Source of the DNA: Mustelus asterias
Taxonomy: Eukaryota
Direction of reading: 5' to 3'
Assembly: GCF_964213995.1 (NCBI RefSeq)
Contig: NC_135808.1
Location: 108,500,001-108,564,000, forward strand
DNA length: 64,000 nucleotides
In this document: positions 37,225 through 50,140 of the stretch, one piece after another
How positions within the stretch are numbered: the stretch's first letter is position 1
Layout: each line of letters begins with the position of its first letter
Position numbers and translations under genes: made by a program
The notes under the pieces: model-generated
What the model was told of the DNA's origin: nothing
Seen by the model: the letters and a program-made list of their open reading frames with translations, nothing else
Databases searched by the model: none

Positions 37225-37914
37225 TGATGTGGAGATGCCGGCTTTGGACTGGGGTAAACACAGTAAGAAGTTTAACAACACCAGGTTAAAGTCCAACAGG
37301 TTTATTTGGTAGCAAAAGCCACACAAGCTTTCGGAGCTGCAAGCCCCTTCTTCAGGTGAGTGGGAATTCTGTTCACAAACAGAGCTTATAAAGACACAGA
37401 CTCAATTTACATGAATAATGGTTGGAATGCGAATACTTACAACTAATCAAGTCTTTAAGAAACAAAACAGCATGAGTGGAGAGAGCATCAAGACAAGCTA
37501 AAAAGATGTGTATTGTCTCCAGACAAGACAGCCAGTGAAACTCTGTGGGGGTTACAAATAGTGGGACATGAACCCAATATCCCGGTTGAGGCCGTCCTCG
37601 TGTGTGCGGAACTTGGCTATCAGTTTCTGCTCAGCGACTCTGCGCCGTCGTGTGTCGCGAAGGCCGCCTTGGAGAACGCTTACCCGAATATCAGAGGCCG
37701 AATGCCCGTGACCGCTGAAGTGCTCCCCAACAGGAAGAGAACAGTCTTGCCTGGTGATTGTCGAGTGGTGTTCATTCATCCGTTGTCGCAGCGTCTGCAT
37801 AGTTTCCCCAATGTACCATGCCTCGGGACATCCTTCCTTGCAGCGTATCAGGTAGACAACGTTGGCCGAGTTGCAAGAGTATGTACCGTGTACCTGGTGG
37901 ATGGTGTTCTCACG
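37225..37914 (-). mobile_element. Penelope-like element, left arm (GIY-YIG endonuclease C-terminal half plus pLTR)
   Basis: YSCNSANVVYLIRCKEGCPEAWYIGETMQTLRQRMNEH...EQKLIAKFRTHEDGLNRD; 3' end ggcatctccacatca. Confidence 0.92.
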
Positions 37915-38107
37915 AATTCATCTCTGTTGCAGAGCTGGGAGTGACTGTGGGATGGTCCCCTTAATGCTATATGTCTGCCAAAAGCGTGGCATACAGTAAA
38001 AGGAATTTCATAAACCACATTTTGATGCTGTTAGTTAGCTCACAATGGGTTTTCTTTAGTTTGATGTTTTATTAATTTAGCTAATTACTGTTTGATCTAT
38101 ATTGATT
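37914..38107 (+). repeat. 194-bp exact direct copy of 38849-39042
   Basis: Identical by eye at an offset of 935 bp. Confidence 0.92.
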
Positions 38108-38515
38108 CGGGTAAGCGTTCTCCAAGGCGGCCTTCGCGACACACGACGGCGCAGAGTCGCTGAGCAGAAACTGATAGCCAAGTTCCGCACACACGAGGAC
38201 GGCCTCAACCGGGATATTGGGTTCATGTCCCACTATTTGTAACCCCCACAGAGTTTCACTGGCTGTCTTGTCTGGAGACAATACACATCTTTTTAGCCTG
38301 TCTTGATGCTCTCTCCACTCATGCTGTTTTGTTTCTTAAAGACTTGATTAGTTGTAAGTATTCGCATTCCAACCATTATTCATGTAAATTGAGTTTGTGT
38401 CTTTATATGCTCTGTTTGTGAACAGAATTCCCACTCACCTGAAGAAGGGGCTTGCAGCTCCGAAAGCTTGTGTGGCTTTTGCTACCGAATAAACCTGTTG
38501 GACTTTAACCTGGTG
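38105..38515 (+). mobile_element. Penelope-like element, right arm (inverted copy of 37279-37689)
   Basis: 411-bp reverse complement with 4 mismatches counted; followed by the TSD gagagaaactca. Confidence 0.92.
38435..38475 (+). ncRNA. Minimal type I hammerhead motif (mirror copy at 37319-37359 on the minus strand)
   Basis: cac-CTGAAGA-A-ggggc ttgca gctcc-GAAA-gc-TT-gtg. Confidence 0.7.
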
Positions 38516-40606
38516 AGAGAAACTCAAACAGGAACCCATTGAGATAAAATGGCAGTTTAACACCTTTCACAGTACTTCACGGGAAAAAAAGACAGCTGCT
38601 TTCAAAAACAAAGAAGCTTGTGCTCTGAAAGAGAAGGGGGGACTATTTTGTGTTACCAATCAAACAGGATGTTTGTAAGAGTTTGATTTCTGTTCAAAAG
38701 AAAGGGAGCAGAACAACTGGGCCCTTTTAGATTTAAGAACTGGAAAATCACCGAGGTATTTCTTGCTGGCAATAATCATATCTGGGAATTTGGGAAGAGT
38801 GGAACAATTGTTGGAGGACACCAAGTTCCAACTTGGCATGGCGGGGAGGAATTCATCTCTGTTGCAGAGCTGGGAGTGACTGTGGGATGGTCCCCTTAAT
38901 GCTATATGTCTGCCAAAAGCGTGGCATACAGTAAAAGGAATTTCATAAACCACATTTTGATGCTGTTAGTTAGCTCACAATGGGTTTTCTTTAGTTTGAT
39001 GTTTTATTAATTTAGCTAATTACTGTTTGATCTATATTGATTTTTAGTTGGTTGTTACAGCAAAAGTCTTAAAAGGTGAAATCTTGTGTATCAGATCTTT
39101 CTCTCAGTTATTGGGAGATTAATCTTTTTAAAAGTTATCCATGGGGGTCATAACAATACAGAAAAAAAGTAAGCAATGATAAGAAACCTGAACCAAAAAT
39201 ATGCAGCTTTATAATAAAAATTAGCACACAAACAGCTGTCAGAAAATCTTCCAATATTTAAAAGAGAGAGAAAAAAAACAAAGCCTGGAGGCTACAACAG
39301 AATAGAAGTAACCCAATAGTCAGCTGAACGCAGGAAAAAACAAGTTCAAAAAATTGCTATTGCACAATTTTAAAAAACTTCTCCAAAGTTGTTACCCTCG
39401 TCTTACCCCATTACATACACCATCTAGATTTATATGGCCCGATCCTATTGAAAATTAAGATCCTGAGGGGATTTGACATGGTGGTGCTGAATCGATGTTT
39501 CTCCTTGTGGGGAAGACTAAGACCAGGGGACGCAGTTTAACATTAAGGGGGTCTCCCATTTAAGATGGAGATGAGAAGAAATTTTTTCTCTCAGACGTTG
39601 TGAGTCTATGGAACTCTCTTCCTTGGTGCAGCGGTTGTGTTGGTAAGGTCCCACAACAAAAGATTCAAAATTCATGTAAATAATTCAAAACTAACTTTCA
39701 TCTTCAAATCCGTGGTTGGCATCTCCAAGTCCCGAGGAACAATGGCCTCCCGTGCAAGCGCCAGCTTTGACAGGTCCGCATGTGCACGGTTGGAGGTTTT
39801 ACATTGGTCAGGCGCATGGGCCTGCTGAGTGTTGGGGCAAGCATACACCTTTGGAGGAATAGTGTTCAACTTCGCACGGCCGAAGAGCTGAAATTGTGCT
39901 TGTAAGTTGATGCTGGAGGGCATTTATTGCGTAGTGTGGTGTGTTTGACCACAGTTTGCAATGAATGAGTTCTTGAAGAGAAGTGAAGAATCCCGCTCTG
40001 ATTCAGATATGGCTGAAAGAACGGAACCTCTGGAGAAAAAACGGTAAGGTTCGTACCCAGACATTACAGCGACAGCAAACGGCCTTTCGAGTTTTGTGGA
40101 CTGATGATGCCGCTTGCCCTGTCCCCGAATGCTTAATCTGTAGGGAGAAGCTTTTGAACGCTGCAATAGCACAAAGTAAGTCAATACAGAACACCAATCG
40201 CTCTTCAGCAAGGATGTACAGTACTTCAAGTGCCTGAGAGAACAAAACATAAAGAAAAATCAACATATGATGGAGTATATGTGGGTTTCTGATAATGTGC
40301 AGGGGGCGAGTTACCTGGTGGCTGGGTTCATGCTGAAATCAAAGTAACTGCTCACCCCCATTGCCGAAACCCTAATTCTGTCAGCATGCAAAATGAGAGC
40401 AGTGTTGGGAACTGACATTGCCAAAATAAATTGACAAAGTTCCTCTTTCTGATACAATCAAACAGCGTATTGACAAAATGCCAGTTGATATTGAACAGGT
40501 GCTTCAGGAGAAATGAAAAATGAGTGGAAAATTTGCCCTGACAATTGATGACTCCACGGATATTAATGGACACTGCCAGCTCTTAGCCAGGATCTGGTAT
40601 GTTGAT

Positions 40607-41019
40607 GGGGGCCGGAATTCTCCCATCCCGCCTGATGCGCGATTGATTCACACAGGAGGCTAGGACGTACCCGGGAATAAAGGCTTTTATTCACAACAAG
40701 AATAGAGCATACTACTTAACAATACTATCCCAGACTAAGGGCTACTAGGAAGTAGCAGTGACCTTTATACTCCTGTAAGAAGGCGGAGCCAAACGGAGTG
40801 TACCACAGAACAATGCTAACAGGTGGAACACCCCAACTCTAACCCCAACAGTAACGAGAGTAACATATGTACAAGTACCCATAGTGGTAACCATCTATGG
40901 TTCACCACACCGCCCACCACTGGAATTTTAGCGGGGAGGTTGCAGAGAATGTGAAACGCCATTGACAGTCGGGCGGGAATTTCTGGCCTTTAGACCAGCG
41001 CAGCCTGAGAATTGCGCCC
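40607..41019. mobile_element. Short Harbinger-like MITE, split by a solo LTR
   Basis: Ends gggccggaattctc / gagaattgcgccc. Confidence 0.7.
40633..40909 (-). mobile_element. Solo LTR (277 bp)
   Basis: TG...CA ends; 5-bp TSD ccgcc (40628-40632 and 40910-40914); TATA-like gtataaag and aataaa on the minus strand. Confidence 0.85.
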
Positions 41020-41786
41020 AGGGAATCTATCAAAGAGTATCTCTTCTTTTGCAAAAAATTGCCCAGTCATGTGATCGGAGAGGACATCTTTTGTCCCCCA
41101 ACTGCTTCTCTGGAGGAAAACAAACATAATTGGATGAAGCGCAATAGCATCTTTCAGGATGGGAAAAGTCAATGGATTTGTGATTAAGGTGAATGAATAG
41201 AATCCTGACAGCTAGCTTAGCTGCATCATGAAGCCCTTGCTGCCAAAAATGTACCATCTGAGGCAACTGCGGTGTTAGACCAAACAGTGAACATTGGGAA
41301 TTATGTGAAGTCAAGTTGTTCAAAATCGCGCTTGTTGAAAAGGTGGGAGCTGAGTACCAGGATTTACTCCTGCACACAGAATTGCGATGGCTGTCTCGAG
41401 GAAAAGACCTCTCTCGTGTTTATGAGCTCAGTAACACACTGAAAGAGTTTTCGGCTCTGCATGAATTGCTACACAAAGCTTTAATATGTGATGATTCTTG
41501 GTGTGCTAAGCTTGCATATATTTCCGATATATTCAGCCATCTGAATGAGCTGAATGTTAAATGTAGGGGGAAAAACAAGAACATGCTGACTGCCACCAGT
41601 AAACTTCAAGGCTTCAGATCAAAATTGACCCGAGGGCAAGAAGAAATGGCAAGTGGGTCAATTAAGATGTTCAAGCTAGCATCAGCAAACCCTTGGCAAA
41701 ACTATACTCAACTTCACCTCCACACATCTTAAACCGCTACAAGAAAAGTTTGCATGCTACTTGCCTTCCATAAGTATGGAAGACTT

Positions 41787-42147
41787 TAATTCATTTGTGG
41801 GACATGGGCATCGCTGGCTGGCCAGCATTTATTGCCCATCCCTAGTTGCCCGAAGACAGTTGAGAGTGACAGTTGACAGTTGCTTGTGGGACATTGCTGT
41901 GGCTCTGGAGTCACGTGTCGGCCAGACCAGGTAAGGATGGCAGATCTCCTTCCTAATGGATATTAGTGAACCAGATGGGTTTTTCCGACAATCGACAATG
42001 GTTTCATGGTCATCAGTAGATCCTTAATTCCAGATGTTTTTTTATTGAATTCAAATTCCACCATCTGCTGTGGTGGGATTCAGAGCATTAGCTAAGTTTC
42101 TGGATTAATAGTCTAGCGATAATACCACTAGGCCAGCGCCTCCCCCT
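41787..42147 (-). mobile_element. SINE family B inside the hAT
   Basis: Matches family B. Confidence 0.85.
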
Positions 42148-44315
42148 TTGACTGGGTACATGATCCTTTTAGTTGACTTTCTTTTGAATCAATCATTAAA
42201 AGAACAAGAGGAATTTGCAGTGCTCAGGATGGATCAGACACTGAAACTGAAGTTTGCAGAGATGCCTCTGGAAATATTTTGGTTGCTTGTGGGACAAGAA
42301 CATCCATTGCTTTCAGATCGTACTATAGCAATGCTCTTACTCTTTCCCACAACCTCCCTGCGTGAATTGGCCTTCTCAATACTGACTCATGTGAAAAACA
42401 AAAGGAGAGAGCACCTGCCAGTGGAGCAAGCCTGGTGTGAGTTGTCCTGTCATCAGTTTTCTCTTGGATCGAGAGACAATCCTGAGGCAATCCCAGGTGT
42501 TGGTAAAATGCTGCTCACGGTATTTCCTTCATTTAAGAACTTTCACATTGAGAAATGCAAACTGAGCAAGAAAGGAAACAATTGAAATCTTTAATGAGAA
42601 ACACTTTTAAATTGTGTACATTTTGAATATAAAATATTCTATCTGACATGCAATTAGCGATAAGGCTTTCATTGTGAACTTCTTAAACAAATGAAAATTG
42701 TATTCGGTGATGGCTCGACACTTTTTTTTAAGGAGGTTTTGGAGATAAAAGGCTTTTGTTAGAGGGAGGTTTGGTTGGAGAAAATCGGAGATATGTCCCA
42801 ATGTTTTTATATAGTATAAAGGTGTGCTGTGACATATGAAAGGTTGGAAACCAGTGCATCAGAGAACAGTAGAGGCAGGGTCATTGAATGTTTTAAGCAC
42901 TGAATTTGATAGATTCTTGATTGCATAGGAGTCAAAGGGTATAGAGGGACGGAAGGAAAGTGGAGTTGAGGCCACAATCAAATCAGCCATGATCTTATTG
43001 AATGGCGGAGCAGATTCTAAGGGTTAAATGGCCAACTCCTGCTCCGGATTCATAGGTTCATATGTATGTGATACCAAAACTGAGGTGGAATCTTGTTCTG
43101 ACGTTGGTGGTCTCGCATGCCAGTTGGGGATGCGATGAGAGACCTGTGGTGCCTCTTCTCGGAAAGGCCCACCGAACCACATACCAATCAGGCGAGGCCA
43201 CTGGCAGGCATCCTTCAAATGCTCTGGGTTCAGAGGTCCTGCCTCGCAACAGTTGCTGGCCAAGCAGCTCTTATACTCAGCTTGTACTGAGGAGACAGCG
43301 GCTGCTGTCGGAAGGACAGCCCCAGAGTGGCAAAAATGTGGAGGACCCAGGTTACAGGTAAGTAATGTGGGCGGGGGCTTTCACAGGTAGGAGTTGTAGG
43401 GAGAGGAGTGCAGTGCGGTCGAAAACAAGGGTAGGAGTTTAGCTTTCAAAGGCCTCCCCTGCACACCCCACTGCACCCCCCCCCCCCCCCCATCAATGCC
43501 CATTTTCTCAATCAGGTACTGATTGCCTGATCCCCACCTCCAGGCTTGTCACCAGTGAGAACAGAAGATTCTGCCCTCGGTTCCTGCGTAGAAATTCCAA
43601 CTGGGCAGCAGTAGGGATAGAGCTGGGTTCTACAGCCATATGTTAGGAGAATTCAGTCTGCTTTGGTATCCCTGAATGCCAAGCTTTTCTGCAAAGCATT
43701 GATGTGCAAGACAGGATCAGACCTGGTGTGATGACTCTTTATGATAGAACAGGCTATTAACACTCAGCTTTGTACATGAAGTATGACCGGGAAAAATCCC
43801 AGCTGTCGAGTCACAACATAAGGAAAAGAGGGAAGAAATCAGGAACAAATAAACTCTGAATAATGCCACAACTGCTTGGGAACTGTGCGTCTACTTGCAC
43901 TTATATTTTGTTGTAGGATTCGCTGGCCATCGAGATGAATTGTCTTGTGCAAAAGAACAATTTTTGCATTCAGCAGCAGAATCAAGTGCTCCTTGTGTCA
44001 GATACAGTGTGGGCTAGACAGAGTTCAACAGCAAATGCCCTGCCTAGCAATAGACTCTAAACCGGTGAGTAAGTATAGCTGGGTAAATTTGAAGGTCAGT
44101 TTGCGATGGTATGCTAAAACATACACAGGACAATTTCTGAAGCTGCATGCAGGGACTGTCCCTACTCAAGCTGCAGTAAGACGGTTGTGGTTACAGATCT
44201 CGAGGGCAGAAGAACTTAATCTAGAAAATTCAGAAGTTATGATTTTACAGCAGTTTCACAAATAAAGTTAAAGAGCCACAGTGCTCAGTGAGATTCCTAC
44301 TTTCGACAGGATTAT

Positions 44316-44630
44316 GGGTGGCACTGTGGTTAGCACTGCTGCCTCACAGCGCCAGGGTCCCGGGTTCAATTCCAGCCTCGGGTCACTGTCTGTGTGGAGT
44401 TTGTACATTCTCCCCTGTCTGCGTGGGTTTTCTCCAGATGCTCCGGTTTCCTCCCACACTCCAAAGATGTGTGGGTTAGGTGGATTGGCCATGCTAAATT
44501 GCCCCTTAGAGTCAGGGGGATGAGCAGGGTAAGTATGTGGGGTGATGGGATAGGACCTGGGTGGAATTGTTGTTGATGTGGGCTCGATGGGCTGAGTGGC
44601 CTCCTTCTGCACTGTAGGGATTCTCTGATT
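44316..44630 (+). mobile_element. HE1-like V-SINE
   Basis: Matches the family. Confidence 0.88.
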
Positions 44631-44956
44631 AAAGAGAAGAGATTGCTCCTTTATGCAGGTGATAGTTGAAAGAAAGAACAATAGATGTGCATCTATATTG
44701 GGCCCTTCATGACCTTAGGATGTCGGAAACACTTCACAGCCAGTGGAGTACTGCTGAAGAGTAATCATTGTACTGTATGTGTTAGAATATTATTGCACAG
44801 TGACCTTTACCTTTACACTGCTACAGTGGCTCACCAGTATAGCATAGGAAACACAATAGTCAATTTGCACACAGCAAGTTCCCATAAATAGCAATGTGAG
44901 AATGTGTTAAAGGATAAATATTAGCCAGGACACCACCTCAGTTCTTCTTATATATA

Positions 44957-45680
44957 GGGTGCAATTTTCTCAATTAATTTCTGTGTTGTCCCCCAATGGG
45001 AAAACCGGTGAGATTCCCACTGGGTGGTGTGGTGTGATTCAATTCACACGAATTTTGTTTGGAGCCGGGGGAGATTCTCACAAATTCTCCCACACTGAGA
45101 ATTTTTTTGGGTGGGGATCTAAAGATGCTGGCAAGTTCGGCTCCACAGAGATCAGGTGTCCCAATCTCAAAGTTAAGTTGCAGATCCCCCTCCACACACC
45201 ACGGACATCGTGACTGTCCTGCAAACGTGGGGAACACCCCAACCCTGGATTTTAGAGGGGTAACCTACCCCCGCATCACTAAATGTCCAGGACACCCCCC
45301 CAAAGTTAGTGAAACCCCACTATGGGGTTGCCTCAGGAACCTTCGGGCATTCCCTTCAGGCCCTGCCCCCTTCAGGCACTCCTGCAGGCCCCACCTCTTT
45401 GGGCACCCCCTTTCAGGCCCCACTCCTTGCAGTGTCACCCTGGCACCTTGACATTGCCCCCTGGCACCCTGGAGGTGCTAATATGGCACCACCATGTTGG
45501 TACTGCCAGGGTGCCCATGAGCAATGCTAGCACACTACCCAGCTATGTACCCAACCACCTGAGAGCTCCAATGGCTTCTGAGCTCCCCTAGTGGGCTATA
45601 ATAACTGGTCTCCATTTACGGGGACCAGTAGTGATTGGCACCAGATCCCCGCTGGCCCTGAGGCTTGGAGAATCCCATTC
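44957..45680. mobile_element. GC-rich non-autonomous Harbinger-like element
   Basis: gggtgcaattttctc / ggagaatcccattccc ends; related to 25785-26858. Confidence 0.55.
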
Positions 45681-46667
45681 CCTATCTGCCTGTGCAATCC
45701 TCACCGGCGCTGTGACCACTTCGCTAAACGTAATATATTTATAACCAGGAAACTTTGGGTTTAGTAAATTGACAACAAACACAGTCTACAGTACCTATTA
45801 GGCTAAATACATGCAATGGCTGAAAACCATCTGCACATTGTATAACACTAAAAGGAGCTGTTATGCATCACTGTACTGCGTGCTCAGCACCTCAGCTTCT
45901 GTCCTGTAGAACTTCATTCAGCTCCCTATAAAAGTAATGATACACTCCAGGTCAATGCAGCCTGTCCATATTGAGAGAATTGAAATGCTGACTGAATCAG
46001 AAAAGGAAACAGGCTGTGTGCTCCATAATAGAGCTGCAGAATGCCAATATTCTGGGAGTTAAGCAGTTTGTCCCAAATTGTGGAATTCATCTTCCAGGAT
46101 TTAATAATTGGGCTTAATTTCATTCTTAGAATTAGGAGAGTTAATCATAAAATAGTGCGGAATAAACATTCAGTTAGCTATACACCTGTTTGAATATCTA
46201 AAGAACAGCTTCATTATCTATTTGTGAAAAATAGGCAAGAAATCCAGGGGAAACAGATGGATAAACAGGAAGAAATGTGTTCAGCAACAGTCTGATAACA
46301 ATCCTCAGGTTTTATTCCAAAGAGGAAGTGTTAGTGTTTCAGAATGCTGGCATTTCAACATCAGAACCTGGTTTAAATCCAGATCCAGTTGATGAGATGC
46401 AAGCATCATCTCTCATTAAATGTTCTGCGCAAATATTACTGTGAGACAGCTTCTACCCACTTTCTCGGCTGTGGATGGAAGTCCATTGCACAAAGTTCAA
46501 TGCTTGTCATGTTTGCTCGAGATGGTTCATGCGGAAAACTAAGTGCTTGCAGTAGGATGTGGTCTTCTGAGGATGGAGCTGAAACACGTCGGGGTGAAGT
46601 AATGATGACATGAGGGAGAACACCCACAGAATTGGGGTAGAACAGAGAAACTTAAGTTTCCAACCAG

Positions 46668-47751
46668 TGTTACGGTCGCCTGAGGAGGGGTGAAACGACT
46701 CCCCTATTCTCTCACTCCAGGTTTTGTCGTGAATTTAGAGACAATGTGCTTTTCCAATGCTGTAGGAGTTCCACTATTTATGCATTCAGATTGTAAAGAA
46801 TTAGTCAGACAGGTTTTCTTAGGTTAAACAAAGAATAATAAGTCTATGGAAACTGTTTCCAAAATTAAAAATATAGGTGGATCGTTACCACCATTGTTAC
46901 ACACATTAATTTGGGTCCAAGAACACACAACACAACAGATGACAGAATAAGAGGTTTGGTTTAAGCCTTTTCTACAGTTCATGAGCAGATAAAACAAAGG
47001 GGCTGTGGATGTTCTGTTTATTTGTCTTCCAGGATGTAGCTGAACAGAGCAGATTTCCATGTTTTATTCCCAAAATATTTCAGTTTGCAGCAGATTTCTC
47101 TTCTCAGGATGATTACTTTGCAAATCTGGGCACAACACTTCTGACGGGGGTGGGGTGTGGTCAAACAGCAACCTGTTTCAGTAAAACATTGTCTTGATCA
47201 AATGTTTTTGAGGTGAGGCACCAAATGCAATTATGTTTCCTAAAGCAATAACTGCAGAGACGTGGACTAATAGAATTTCTCTGGAATACACAGCCGGCAG
47301 AATATGTAGGGACTTCCATTATTGTTTCAGAACAGGTAATTTATTTTTACTGTTACGGCTCAGAAGCATTTGAAAAGTATCAGGATAGTGTGAGGCCATC
47401 AGGAGGTTTGGTCTTACATGCTCCCCCAGTGGTTGAGTGTCTTTTCTTTTCCTATCCCACTTGGTAGAATGCAATCTACATCCTGCAGCCATCTGGGCAG
47501 TCTCTACCAGCCTCGGGGGTTTCAGGTTATTTTACAGAAAGAAACATTAGAAATTGTATCTTAACTAAAGCACATCCACATAAAGCCAGCTACAGAAGGG
47601 CTTATTGCTGACACTGGGTACAGAGAGTGGAAAACACTTTTATTCTTCACCACATTTTCCACCACCTTAAAAAGCAACAGGAAAATAAAACATTTCTTCT
47701 TAAAGCTGAAAGCTTACGTTTTATCAGCTTACGTGCAACTTGGTAGTGACA
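46668..47751. mobile_element. Possible old LTR
   Basis: tgttac...gtgaca ends with flanks ccag / ccaa; no internal confirmation. Confidence 0.3.
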
Positions 47752-47759
47752 CCAACTTA

Positions 47760-48660
47760 CATTTATATAGCACATTCTAACACAATAAAATGTTCCAAGG
47801 CACATCACAGGAAAATTAGAAAGCAAAACTATAAGGAGCCATCAGGGCAGATGATTAAAAGTTGGTCAAAGAAATAGGTTTTAAGGAGTGTCTTAAAGGA
47901 GGAAAGAAGTTCAGTAAGTAATGTTCCCTCTCAGGTGTATGGCCATGCAACAATCTAAAAATCTCTGTGCAGGCTTTGTGCAAGTCGATCCCTTTAAGTT
48001 ACTTTGTGTGTGCAGCAATGCAAAAAAATCTAAAGCATCTGTGCAATTAAACAAGTCACCCACACACTCCAAATAAGTACATTGGTAGCGAGATGGAGAG
48101 ATTAAAGGAGAGAATTCCAAGTTTACGATCTTGGCAGGCATTGTTACCCCTGGTGGAACGATTAAACTCGCAAATGTTCAAGAGGACAGAACTGGAGGAG
48201 CACGGATCTCTCGAATAGTTTTACGGCGGACTTTTCCGGCCACACTCGCCCCCAAGATCAGAAAATCTCACCCAAGGTCAATGGGCCTTTGCATAGTCCT
48301 GTCCCACCCGTTTTGATTCCCGTGGCGGGCTGGACGGGAAAATTTCACCTTTTGTGTTGAATGGAGGAGATTGCAGATGTGAGGCAGTGTAGGTGTATGT
48401 GCTGAAACTGTCGCTGTGTTTTTGGATGATGTCACTGAAGAGCAGCATGTAGATAAGAGACAGGAGGAAGTCAATCCTAGTGACAATTCATGAGCTGCTT
48501 CCATTTGTTGTTGGAAGTAAGAGTGGAGGAGACAAGGTAGAGAGGTTTAAGAAGATGGTTTGGTAGTAGGGAAAAGAAGCCTGGGGTTATTTTTGACCCT
48601 AGAATAGTGAGCAATTTTAGCTGATAAAAGCAGGACTTGGGCAGTGCATATGTGACCCAG
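47760..48660 (-). mobile_element. L2 remnant with an inserted MITE (~48222-48349)
   Basis: ggtcaaagaaataggttttaaggagtgtcttaaagga and ggatgatgtcactgaagagcagcatgtagat are L2-like; the MITE is the reverse complement of the 49539 family. Confidence 0.5.
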
Positions 48661-49538
48661 CTAACTGGATGGTTAAACAATCCTTCCTGTCTGTCACATC
48701 CTGTCAGGTCAGTGTCCCTTGGACCGAAGGGAGTGGAGATGAGGGCAATATCAAGAGGAAACCCAGGGTGAGAGAGAGTAATCTCACATCAAATGCACTA
48801 TCCAGGCTTAATTTTGTTCCCACATCTCAAGCATGTAAATTCGATGAACGCGCAGTTCATTTCTCCCTTTTTATTATAAGACCCCCTACAGAGCCACCTT
48901 TGTCTGCACCCCATCCAGGTACAGGGAGAGAGGGCATGTAGTGCTCCTTGGACCACAGGCTCCCCCAACTGCACGCCCCCCCCCCCCCCCATACCTCTCC
49001 CTCACCCCCAGCCAGTCACTGGGTGCCTCCTCCAGGCAGTTGGAGCTCTCTGTCATTTTGGCAAACTGGAGGCTGACCTGAGAATCTCAGACTCAGGTTT
49101 TAGCAAGACTCTCAGCCTAATTAGTTGCCCTCTTCATGATGGTGGCAGCCCTGCTGACTCCAAATCTACCTCGGCCAAAATGGCCGATGCCTTAATGGGG
49201 TCAGAAAAGCAGTACGCTCGCCAGTGCCGATATTTTTGGGTCCTGGTTATGTCCATTCCCAAACTCAGTGGCACTTAAAAATCCTGCCCTATTACGCAAA
49301 ATGGCAGTAATAATGTTTTGTATTCATTCGATGCACTCAAATCACTCTGCATCACTGAACAAAATAGCTAACGCAGGGCTTCAATATTCTGTGGATCACA
49401 TCGCTAATTTACCTGTAGAAATAATAGGGCTGATCCCACGAGCTGGGACTGCTGCAGAAGATTGGCTCTTACAAGCATCATTGGTTGGGAAATTTCAGTC
49501 CCTTCATTAACTTAAATGGAAAATAAATCAGAGACTCT

Positions 49539-49663
49539 GGGCAGAATTTTCCCATCCCACCCACCACGGGAATTATAGCGAGCGGAGGCGGACCATGCAA
49601 AGGTCCATTGAGCCCAGGCGGGATTCTCCAGTCTTGGAGCGAACGTGGCCGGAAAACCCCATC
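49539..49663. mobile_element. Short Harbinger-like MITE
   Basis: gggcagaattttcccatcccacccaccacgggaatt...ccggaaaacccc. Confidence 0.65.
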
Positions 49664-50140
49664 AAGAGTGTCCAATGAGGAAATCAGTGACAAAATGTTG
49701 CCATTGATAAATAAGCAATCGCTGAGTGTGTGATTGGGAGCTGTCCGGAAAGATGGTGCAAGGGAACAGATTTAACACTAACCTGATGGTTAATGACTTC
49801 TTCTATTCAAATTCATGCTCTTTCTTCACACTGTCAGATTCAGTCGCTCCTTCTAAACATTTCATGGATGATGACATCAGTGCTCATTGTTTAAAACTTT
49901 TTAAATCCACTGAAGTCAAAAATAAATAGCCCTTAAAATAAACGTGTGGGCTCCTTGCCAGGGTATTGCTCTGCAGGATCACTGCATAGCACTCATGAGC
50001 AGGAACCTTGGGTGATTTATTTTCTTCCCCAGCTTGGGATCATGAAAGCTAATTGCAGTGTCTTTACGATCACCCAGTTTAGCACAGACTCAGATTGATT
50101 TTAGGAACTTCTATCTTCTAAAATTCAGATACAAGATACC

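Larger units (their letters stand above)
39629..42856 (+). mobile_element. Decayed hAT (Charlie/Buster-type) DNA transposon
   Basis: TIRs cagcggtt / aaccagtg; decayed 8-bp TSD ccttggtg / catcagag; BED finger PECLIC, LLLHTELRWLSRGK, LAYISDIF..LNELN, dimerisation domain FW..V..EHPLL...LL.FPTT...ELAFS. Confidence 0.85.
39440..43060 (+). mobile_element. CR1 3' fragment split by a hAT transposon (39440-39628 and 42857-43060)
   Basis: RNFFSQ.L.SLWNSL|..R.VEAGSLN.FK continues across the hAT insertion. Confidence 0.75.

Noticed and set aside
37120-39155. Possible old LTR hosting the Penelope insertion (ends gggtcataaca)
   Set aside because: Only a right-end-like motif is visible; no left end or TSD was found
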